From IMG/VR virus record IMGVR_UViG_3300044984_002785: DNA of 26,143 nt; one strand, 5' to 3'. This stretch comes from a virus (lineage: Duplodnaviria; Heunggongvirae; Uroviricota; Caudoviricetes; Demerecviridae). A program made the position numbers and the translations under genes. Below are positions 19,032-24,708 of the stretch, piece after piece. Each line of letters opens with the position of its first letter. The first letter of the stretch is position 1. The notes under the pieces were generated by a model. That model had not been told where the DNA came from. It saw nothing but the letters and a program-made list of their open reading frames with translations, and did no database searches.

Positions 19032-19271
19032 ATGACTAAAAATCAATTGTTGCTTGACCTACAATCTGAAATGTGGGATTTTTATAAAGATGTGCATGGT
19101 ATGCGTCCAAGGCATTGGACGCAAGAAAATTGGGATTCCATGGAATTCTTGCAAGAACAAAGAATTTTGTTATGTGACATTGTAGACAAATTCACACCCA
19201 AAGAGAAAAAAGAAAATGGTTGGGGATTTGATAACTTTCTAGCTCAGGCTGTTGGCCCTGCTAGGACATGA
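19032..19271 (+). CDS. Hypothetical 79-aa phage protein
   Basis: ORF track. It starts 1 nt after the upstream stop and carries the WDFYKDVHGMRPR motif seen in small phage proteins. Confidence 0.75.
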   Translation: MTKNQLLLDLQSEMWDFYKDVHGMRPRHWTQENWDSMEFLQEQRILLCDIVDKFTPKEKKENGWGFDNFLAQAVGPART

Positions 19272-19274
19272 GAC

Positions 19275-19301
19275 AATAGCCCTACTGTGAGTAGGGCTAT
19301 T
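19275..19301. terminator. Hairpin/terminator abutting repeat copy 2
   Basis: AATAGCCCTAC-TGTGA-GTAGGGCTATT, 11-bp stem. Confidence 0.7.
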
Positions 19302-19302
19302 T

Positions 19303-19339
19303 GCGCCAAATTATACCATATAATTTGGGGCGATGTCAA
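19303..19339 (-). repeat. Leftward promoter-like repeat, copy 2
   Basis: GCGCC 19303, ATTATA 19310-15, TGTCAA 19334-39 (18-bp spacer). Palindrome CCAAATTATA-CCA-TATAATTTGG. Confidence 0.85.
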
Positions 19340-19453
19340 GGATTATTTACTAGGTGTTTTCACCTATGTTGTATTTTTGCACAAATGAAAAATAATTGCT
19401 TTATGCGCGTTTTTTGCTGTATAATTCATTCATACACTGAAAAGGACTTCAAA

Positions 19454-19930
19454 ATGGCTAAAATTACTCGATGCTCAATTTACGATATGGATGGCACTAT
19501 TGTTTGCAGTTTGCACAGATATAAAACCATTATTGACGATAATGGCGAACGTATTGATTTAGATTATTGGCGCGAAAATGAATATCGTGCAATGGATGAT
19601 TCTCTTTTGCCATTAGCCCAACAATATCGGGCAGATTTGCAAGACGAAAATTGTTTTGTGATTATTGCCACTGCGCGGGTTTTGCGTGATACTGATAATC
19701 AATTCATTAATGAAATTCTCGGTGAACCTGATTATATTATCTCCAGAGTTGACGGTGATTCTACTTCAGGCGGTAAATTAAAAATCTCGGGTTTGGCAAA
19801 GTTTTTTAATCTAAAATCATTTGCTAATGCTGAATTTACATTTTATGAAGATAATACCACATATTTAAAAGCGGTATGCGATAGATTTAATATTCGGGGC
19901 GTTTATATTCCCTCAAAACAAGGTCACTAA
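19454..19930 (+). CDS. dmp: HAD-family deoxynucleoside-5'-monophosphatase, T5 Dmp-like (158 aa)
   Basis: YDMDGTIVCSLHR, DSLLPL, IIATAR and NAEFTFYED match the T5 Dmp motif order. The true start MAKITR follows an AAAGGA RBS and a TTGCTT-18-TATAAT promoter, so the ORF-track start at 19301 is too far upstream. Confidence 0.85.
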   Translation: MAKITRCSIYDMDGTIVCSLHRYKTIIDDNGERIDLDYWRENEYRAMDDSLLPLAQQYRADLQDENCFVIIATARVLRDTDNQFINEILGEPDYIISRVDGDSTSGGKLKISGLAKFFNLKSFANAEFTFYEDNTTYLKAVCDRFNIRGVYIPSKQGH

Positions 19931-19966
19931 TATATAATCCCTTCGGGGATTATAAAGGATTATATT

Positions 19967-20119
19967 ATGTTTAAATCATTTGGAAAACTAATCGGGCATT
20001 TTATATTTAATCGGCCCGATAAAATACTAATCACATTAATATTGCCAATTCTTATGATTATGACTTTTAATTATCGGGATAATCTGCGAGAATATAAAGA
20101 TTTTATATTTGACCGATAA
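19967..20119 (+). CDS. Hypothetical 50-aa protein with one hydrophobic segment
   Basis: MFKSFGKLIGHFIFNRPDKILITLILPILMIMTFNYRDNLREYKDFIFDR, with an AAAGGA RBS following a UUCG hairpin (19933-19954). Confidence 0.6.
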   Translation: MFKSFGKLIGHFIFNRPDKILITLILPILMIMTFNYRDNLREYKDFIFDR

Positions 20120-20124
20120 AACAC

Positions 20125-20140
20125 TGTTTCACGTGAAACA
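20125..20140. promoter_or_regulatory. Perfect consensus parS site
   Basis: TGTTTCACGTGAAACA is the canonical chromosomal ParB/Spo0J-binding palindrome, here in intergenic DNA. Confidence 0.75.
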
Positions 20141-20169
20141 CAAAAACTGTTGTTTTTTAGCAACAGTTT

Positions 20170-20207
20170 GCGCCAAAATTATAACATATAATTTTAGGCG
20201 GTGTCAA
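20170..20207 (-). repeat. Leftward promoter-like repeat, copy 3
   Basis: GCGCC 20170, ATTATA 20178-83, TGTCAA 20202-07 (18-bp spacer). Palindrome AAAATTATA-ACA-TATAATTTT. Confidence 0.85.
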
Positions 20208-20285
20208 GCTTTTTTTTATAACTTATTTTTTGTGTGTGATTAAAATACAACAAGTTTTGGACATTTTTTCGGGTATAATTAGCAC

Positions 20286-20666
20286 ATGGACAAAAAAACA
20301 CTGCAAAAATTGCTAATCGCTGAGACTGCGACAATTTGGGATTCGCTTTGCGAAATGTACCCAAAATTATGCAAATTTAATCCGCCTGAAATTACTTTGT
20401 GCGGTAGGCTTTGGCGTACCGCTGGAATGTGTTTTCAGGAAACACGCACAATTAAAATTGGTTCAAAATTTTTCAATCATTCTGAATTGTATACAAAAGA
20501 AATGTTTTCGGTTATTTTGCCGCATGAAATTATACACCAAGCCGATTTTGACCTTTTTGGATTATCCGAAAAAAAATGTGGTCATGGCAAAAAATGGCAA
20601 AAAATCATGGTACAATATGGGCTTAAAGCCGATTTTTATCACACAATGGAAATTAAAAGAAAATGA
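20286..20666 (+). CDS. SprT-like zinc metalloprotease (126 aa), probably leaderless
   Basis: RLWRTAG...ILPHEIIHQ...CGHGKKWQKIM (HExxH plus downstream H-G-x-x-W). ATG lies 6 nt after TATAAT at 20274-79. Confidence 0.85.
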   Translation: MDKKTLQKLLIAETATIWDSLCEMYPKLCKFNPPEITLCGRLWRTAGMCFQETRTIKIGSKFFNHSELYTKEMFSVILPHEIIHQADFDLFGLSEKKCGHGKKWQKIMVQYGLKADFYHTMEIKRK

Positions 20667-20878
20667 TTAACTTTTTATCTTGGTTTGGTACTGTTGTTTC
20701 AATTTTGGGAAGTTTTGCCGTAGCAAGCAAAAGTTTTCAAATTGGTTATGTTTTGTTTACTTTTGGTTCTTTGGCTTGGCTTATTGTGGCTTTTGTAAAA
20801 CGTGATAAGGCTTTAGGCGTTTTAAACGGCACATTTTTTGCGGCTAATCTGTTGGGAATTTACAACAACTTTTTTTAA
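20663..20878 (+). CDS. Small 3-TM membrane protein (71 aa)
   Basis: ORF track. Three hydrophobic segments and an ATGA overlap with the SprT-like gene. Confidence 0.75.
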   Translation: MINFLSWFGTVVSILGSFAVASKSFQIGYVLFTFGSLAWLIVAFVKRDKALGVLNGTFFAANLLGIYNNFF

Positions 20879-20986
20879 ATTATTTTCGGTTTTTTCAGTT
20901 TTTCCGCAAAAACTGGGTTATAATCTAATCTAGGGCAAACGCTCTAAAATGCGAATTCCGGCATTATCCGGTAATAAGGTTACAAA

Positions 20987-21685
20987 ATGGCTAAAAAACA
21001 ATTCTTTGCAATTCTCGATACTGAAACCACAATTTCAGATACTGTTGCCGATTTTGCAATTATTATCGTTGACCGTGAGGGCAAAATATATAATCAATGC
21101 GCGGTTTTAGTTAATGGTCATTATGGCAATTTTGAATTATTCCACGATAAAGCCGCAAATGATATTTGGGGTTATGAGGGTTTAAATAAACGCAAAGCCA
21201 ATTATATTAATATGCTAGATAATGGCACGCGCATGGTCGCTTCAGTTAATGCAATTAATAAATGGATTAATCAAGCCATTGGCAAATATAATCCTACTTT
21301 GACCGCTTATAATCTCGCTTTTGATAAATCAAAATGCCTTAATACTGGAATTGATTTGTCGGGTTTTAATTCTGAATTTTGTTTGTGGCAAGCGGCTGTT
21401 GGTAATATCTGCAATAAAAAAGATTATCGCAATTTTGCAATTCAAAATCACGCATTTAATAAAGTTACTCAACATGGTAATATGACTTTTCAAACTAATG
21501 CAGAAATTGTTTGTGGTTTTATTAATGGCGAGTTTATCAAAGAACCCCATACCGCATTAGAAGATGCCCGAGATTTTGAATTGCCGATTCTCAAAGCCAT
21601 TATTAAAAAGCGAGATTGGAAAGATAATATCAAGCCTTATTCTTGGCGCGATTTTCAAACCAAAGATTGGTTTACTGCAAAATAA
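20987..21685 (+). CDS. DEDDh-family 3'-5' exonuclease (232 aa)
   Basis: ExoI motif ILDTET, ExoII TAYNLAFD, ExoIII HTALEDARDFE. Confidence 0.85.
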   Translation: MAKKQFFAILDTETTISDTVADFAIIIVDREGKIYNQCAVLVNGHYGNFELFHDKAANDIWGYEGLNKRKANYINMLDNGTRMVASVNAINKWINQAIGKYNPTLTAYNLAFDKSKCLNTGIDLSGFNSEFCLWQAAVGNICNKKDYRNFAIQNHAFNKVTQHGNMTFQTNAEIVCGFINGEFIKEPHTALEDARDFELPILKAIIKKRDWKDNIKPYSWRDFQTKDWFTAK

Positions 21686-21721
21686 ATAATAATCGGGGCT
21701 AATAACCCCGATTATTAAAAG

Positions 21722-21841
21722 ATGAAAATACTTTATATTATTGCACTGGTTTTGCATTTAATGGACGATAAAAGATTAGATTCTAAAATAGATACTAATC
21801 CTTTTCAAATTCAAACTATCGGGGAAATATATCATGGATAA
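21722..21841 (+). CDS. Hypothetical 39-aa peptide
   Basis: MKILYIIALVLHLMDDKRLDSKIDTNPFQIQTIGEIYHG. It fills the gap between hairpin 21688-21716 and the PQ-loop gene (8-nt overlap). Confidence 0.45.
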   Translation: MKILYIIALVLHLMDDKRLDSKIDTNPFQIQTIGEIYHG

Positions 21842-22082
21842 TGTTGGTTGGCTTGGTTCTATATTATTGGCATTTTGTGGATTACCACAAGCCATAGAAT
21901 CATATAAAACAAAAAACTCGGATGGATTAACTTGGGGTTTTGTTTTAATGTGGTTCGTGGGTGAAATATGCACTTTTGTTTATATTATCCCCAAAATGGA
22001 TTTGCCATTATTATTTAATTACTCTGCAAATATAATGTTTTTAATTATCATTATATATTATAAAATAAATCCAAAAAGATAA
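21834..22082 (+). CDS. PQ-loop / SemiSWEET-like 3-TM membrane protein (82 aa)
   Basis: LGSILLAFCGLPQAIESYKTKNSDGLTW shows the TM1-PQ-loop signature, followed by two more TM helices. Confidence 0.75.
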   Translation: MDNVGWLGSILLAFCGLPQAIESYKTKNSDGLTWGFVLMWFVGEICTFVYIIPKMDLPLLFNYSANIMFLIIIIYYKINPKR

Positions 22083-22089
22083 TAAACCA

Positions 22090-22108
22090 AATGCGAATCA
22101 TTCGCATT
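22090..22108. promoter_or_regulatory. Fur-box-like 9-1-9 palindrome, copy B
   Basis: AATGCGAAT-C-ATTCGCATT, identical to copy A. Confidence 0.55.
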
Positions 22109-22113
22109 TGGCG

Positions 22114-22149
22114 GCGCCAATTATACTTGTATAATTGCACCGGTGTCAA
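22114..22149 (-). repeat. Leftward promoter-like repeat, copy 4
   Basis: GCGCC 22114, ATTATA 22120-25, TGTCAA 22144-49 (18-bp spacer). Palindrome CAATTATAC-TT-GTATAATTG. Confidence 0.85.
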
Positions 22150-22257
22150 GCTTTTTTTATAACTTATTTTTTGTGTGTGATTAAAAAACAACGGGTTTTT
22201 GTGGTACAATAGGATGTGCGCGCCAAAAATTTACTTATCAAAATGAGAACCAAAGTT

Positions 22258-22295
22258 GCGCCAAAATTATACCACATAATTTTCTGCCACGTCAA
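22258..22295 (-). repeat. Leftward promoter-like repeat, copy 5
   Basis: GCGCC 22258, ATTATA 22266-71, CGTCAA 22290-95 (TTGACG, 18-bp spacer). Confidence 0.8.
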
Positions 22296-22475
22296 TAGGG
22301 GTTTATCCCTATGTTGTATTTTTGCACACTTGATTTTTTCAGGCAAAATCGGTTATAATAAACACATAGCAGGGAATCGGGAAACAAGCAAAGACCCCAC
22401 AAAAAATAAGTCTTTGACAACTGCCCAAAACCTGATATAATAGAATCTTAAACAAACGAACCAAAGGAAATCAAA

Positions 22476-22802
22476 ATGACTAGCAAAACTGTCAACTATA
22501 CTCCAGAACAAACCGCCGCTATTGTGGCCGATTATCAATCTGGCATGAGCGTGGAAACTATCGCTGAAAATTTGGGCAAAACTGTCCGTTCGGTTGTGGC
22601 TAAATTGTCGCGCGAAAAAGTCTATGTGGCTAAAACTTATGTTTCAAAAACTGGCGCTCCAGTTGTGAAAAAAGACGCTCACGCTGACGCTATCGGCGCG
22701 ATTCTCAAATTGTCGGAAAATGAAATCGAATCTCTGACAAAAGCCAATAAAACGGCATTGGAAAAAATCTTTTCCGCTTTGGCAAATTCTAAGCCAATTT
22801 AA
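22476..22802 (+). CDS. T5 A2-like small DNA-binding protein, paralog 2
   Basis: Strong similarity to 18419..18742 (KTVNYTPEQT...LGKTVRSVVAKLSREKVYVAK...ESLTKANK). AAAGGA RBS and TTGACA-16-TATAAT promoter at 22414-22441. Confidence 0.78.
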   Translation: MTSKTVNYTPEQTAAIVADYQSGMSVETIAENLGKTVRSVVAKLSREKVYVAKTYVSKTGAPVVKKDAHADAIGAILKLSENEIESLTKANKTALEKIFSALANSKPI

Positions 22803-22860
22803 GCGAATCGGGGCGCAAGCCCCGATTTTGTGGTATAATTTAATTTTCAAGGAAACCAAA

Positions 22861-23157
22861 ATGCAATCCAATTCTAAACTCAACAAATTTGAAAAATCCG
22901 TGCTCAAAGACGCGCGCAAATTTAATCCTGATGTACACTTTGCACATATGGGCAAAACCACAATCGCTTTCCAACACGTAGGCGATTTGGTAGAATTTGC
23001 TACCGCAATTTGCGCTGATAACGAAAAGAAAAATCGTCCCAAAGTTGGCAAGTATTGGGCAATGACCCGATTTGAAAATGGCCAAACTGTAAAAATGCCT
23101 TTTTTCCAGTTTGATAATATGATGGAAAATGAGGAAGCATTGGCACTTTGGCCATAA
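22861..23157 (+). CDS. Hypothetical 98-aa protein
   Basis: Starts MQSNSKLNKFEK after an AAGGA RBS. The ORF-track GTG start at 22828 overlaps the -10 element. Confidence 0.7.
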   Translation: MQSNSKLNKFEKSVLKDARKFNPDVHFAHMGKTTIAFQHVGDLVEFATAICADNEKKNRPKVGKYWAMTRFENGQTVKMPFFQFDNMMENEEALALWP

Positions 23158-23173
23158 TTGCCAAAACCACAAT

Positions 23174-23230
23174 AACCCGCTCAGGCGGGTTTTTTGTTGC
23201 TTGAATAACCCTACTGCCCGTAGGGTTATT
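23174..23230 (+). terminator. Terminator plus second hairpin at the end of the plus-strand gene block
   Basis: AACCCGC-TCAG-GCGGGTT-TTTT, then AATAACCCTAC-TGCCC-GTAGGGTTATT. Confidence 0.75.
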
Positions 23231-23231
23231 G

Positions 23232-23269
23232 GCGCCAAAATTATACCATATAATTTTGGCCGGTGTCAA
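23232..23269 (-). repeat. Leftward promoter-like repeat, copy 6
   Basis: GCGCC 23232, ATTATA 23240-45, TGTCAA 23264-69 (18-bp spacer). Palindrome GCCAAAATTATA-CCA-TATAATTTTGGC. Confidence 0.85.
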
Positions 23270-23338
23270 GCATTTTTGCAAATATATTTTTTCTGTTGTT
23301 TTTTGGCACCTGGCACGATTCTTGCTTGCACAAGGCCA

Positions 23339-23357
23339 AATGCGAATGATTCTCATT
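23339..23357. promoter_or_regulatory. Fur-box-like 9-1-9 palindrome, copy C
   Basis: AATGCGAAT-G-ATTCTCATT (one mismatch). Confidence 0.5.
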
Positions 23358-23368
23358 ACGTGAAAAAG

Positions 23369-23419
23369 TTATCCACAGGTTATCCACAGGAGCAAAAACT
23401 TGTCCACAGGTTATCCACA
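23369..23419 (+). promoter_or_regulatory. Cluster of four co-oriented DnaA boxes
   Basis: TTATCCACA at 23369, 23380 and 23411, and TTGTCCACA at 23400 (start spacings 11, 20, 11). Confidence 0.8.
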
Positions 23420-23431
23420 GCCTGGAACAGG

Positions 23432-23510
23432 CTGCGCCAGTGGAAAACCTTGGCAAGTGGAAAATCTTGGTAGGTTCCTGCGCCAGTGGAAAACCTTGTC
23501 AAGTGGAAAA
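23432..23510 (+). repeat. 33-bp direct repeat pair (46-bp period) with AGTGGAAAA sub-repeats, resembling an injection-stop signal block
   Basis: CTGCGCCAGTGGAAAACCTTG(G/T)CAAGTGGAAAA at 23432-64 and 23478-510, with a fifth AGTGGAAAA at 23540. Confidence 0.8.
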
Positions 23511-23526
23511 CTTTGGGGTTTTTGCC

Positions 23527-23562
23527 GCGCCCATTATATAGTGGAAAAGCTTAGTGTGTCAA
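23527..23562 (-). repeat. Leftward promoter-like repeat, copy 7
   Basis: GCGCC 23527, ATTATA 23533-38, TGTCAA 23557-62 (18-bp spacer). No internal palindrome. Confidence 0.75.
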
Positions 23563-23661
23563 GTACTTTTTTAGCCAAACTCTGTTAGCCTTGAAAATTT
23601 TTCAGTTGATGGATTTCTTGAAATTTTGTATAATTGTTTTATCAACAGGAAAGGGCCCAAG

Positions 23662-23796
23662 ATGACTGACACCGAATTTTACAGGCAAATCCAGGAAGAC
23701 TGGTACCATGAATTTGCGGGAGCAGAACTATCGCAAATTTTCGTATGTACCGATGCACACGACGAAATTTTTGAATTTGACGATGTGCCCTTCTAG
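23662..23796 (+). CDS. 44-aa acidic peptide ending in an SSB C-terminal-tail-like motif (EFDDVPF)
   Basis: MTDTEFYRQIQEDWYHEFAGAELSQIFVCTDAHDEIFEFDDVPF. Upstream TTGATG-17-TATAAT promoter (23606-23634) and AGGA RBS. Confidence 0.7.
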   Translation: MTDTEFYRQIQEDWYHEFAGAELSQIFVCTDAHDEIFEFDDVPF

Positions 23797-23842
23797 TGAT
23801 ATAATTATTCTTTAAACAGCGCAGAAACCAAACAAAGGACAT

Positions 23843-24151
23843 ATGATGACTGAAGCTACCAAAACCAATTACACCCCCGAACAAACTGCAGTTCTCGTTG
23901 CAGGCTACCAAGCAGGCGAAACTGTGGAAGTTCTGGCTACCAAACTCGGTAAGACTACTCGAAGTGTAGTAGCTAAGCTGAGTCGTGAAGGCGTCTACAA
24001 AGCCAAATCGAAAGCCACCCAGCATAAGCTCAAAAAAGCTGAACTGGTCGACAAACTTGCCATGCTTTGTGGTGTGCCAGCCGAAGTATTTGAAAGCCTG
24101 GAAAAGGCCAACCACGATGCTTTGGAAACTCTGTTGAGCCGTCTGGCTTGA
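23843..24151 (+). CDS. T5 A2-like small DNA-binding protein, paralog 3
   Basis: NYTPEQT...YQAGETVEVLATKLGKTTRSVVAKLSREGVYKAK...ESLEKAN, with an AAAGGA RBS. Confidence 0.78.
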   Translation: MMTEATKTNYTPEQTAVLVAGYQAGETVEVLATKLGKTTRSVVAKLSREGVYKAKSKATQHKLKKAELVDKLAMLCGVPAEVFESLEKANHDALETLLSRLA

Positions 24152-24211
24152 ACAGTTTAGGGTCAGAAAATTCTCTCTTGAATCAATGACCCATTTCAAG
24201 TATAATATATA

Positions 24212-24344
24212 TTAGACAGTCGGGAAAGGCTTTAAAAATGACAAAATCTTTGTCGAGCCTGTTCAGCGACAGCAGCCCACCTCACTAAACAGCAATTGAA
24301 TTGCAATCATCTGTGTGGCTAGCCTGTTCGCAACGACTGTCTAA
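24212..24344 (+). ncRNA. Candidate ~133-nt small RNA closed by an 11-bp terminal stem
   Basis: Begins at the predicted TSS of a TTGAAT-17-TATAAT promoter (24178-24206). TTAGACAGTCG pairs with CGACTGTCTAA, with internal hairpins and no ORF. Confidence 0.65.
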
Positions 24345-24389
24345 ATTTATACTTGATTGTGCAGTTTGAATACTGTATAATAGATATAT

Positions 24390-24700
24390 ATATAAGGGTG
24401 ACAGCGGCGTGCTATATGTAAATCTTAGAATTTAGCACATACGTCTTAATTGTGGGAAATCTCGTGACCGAGCCACAGCCCTGAACATATAAGAACTAGC
24501 CTTGACTAGGCATAGGTTTTGGTGGGACACGACATGTGTAGGTATCGATAGTTCGCGGCGGCCGTCGTATACAAGTAACTACTACTCTACAAATCAAAGA
24601 TTCTACTAAATTCGCAAGACTAGTTCTTATATGTTTATGGTGTTATGCGTCTACGCTATATAGTAGATAACAACTTAATTGAGACCGAAGCTAGTCTCAG
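24390..24700 (+). ncRNA. Candidate structured RNA(s) upstream of tRNA-Glu
   Basis: TTGATT-17-TATAAT promoter (24353-24381). Multi-stem domain at ~24395-24483, and a perfect 16-bp long-range helix 24484-99/24620-35 enclosing sub-hairpins. Confidence 0.55.
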
Positions 24701-24708
24701 CCAAATTT

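Noticed and set aside
19301-19453. N-terminal extension of the Dmp-like ORF in the ORF track
   Set aside because: It runs through repeat copy 2 and the gene's own promoter. The RBS-supported start is 19454.
20144-20168. LexA (SOS) box in the AAACTGTTG…CAACAGTTT hairpin
   Set aside because: The CTG-to-CAG spacing is 14 nt rather than the required 10.
23369-23548. Possible CRISPR mini-array
   Set aside because: Only two 33-bp repeats separated by 13 bp, with no spacer-sized unique sequences and no cas genes.
22216-23588. Overlapping ORFs across the repeat-rich intergenic DNA (22216..22440, 22644..23051, 22840..23238, 23000..23356, 23129..23473, 23241..23456, 23400..23588)
   Set aside because: They translate promoters, palindromes and DnaA/33-bp repeats, or are antisense to better-supported genes.
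23642-24199. 185-aa minus-strand ORF
   Set aside because: It is antisense to the A2-like paralog 3 and the DDVPF peptide, both of which have promoters and RBSs.
24484-24635. Functional retron msr-msd
   Set aside because: No reverse transcriptase in the window and no long msd-type hairpin. Kept only as a weak mimicry idea.
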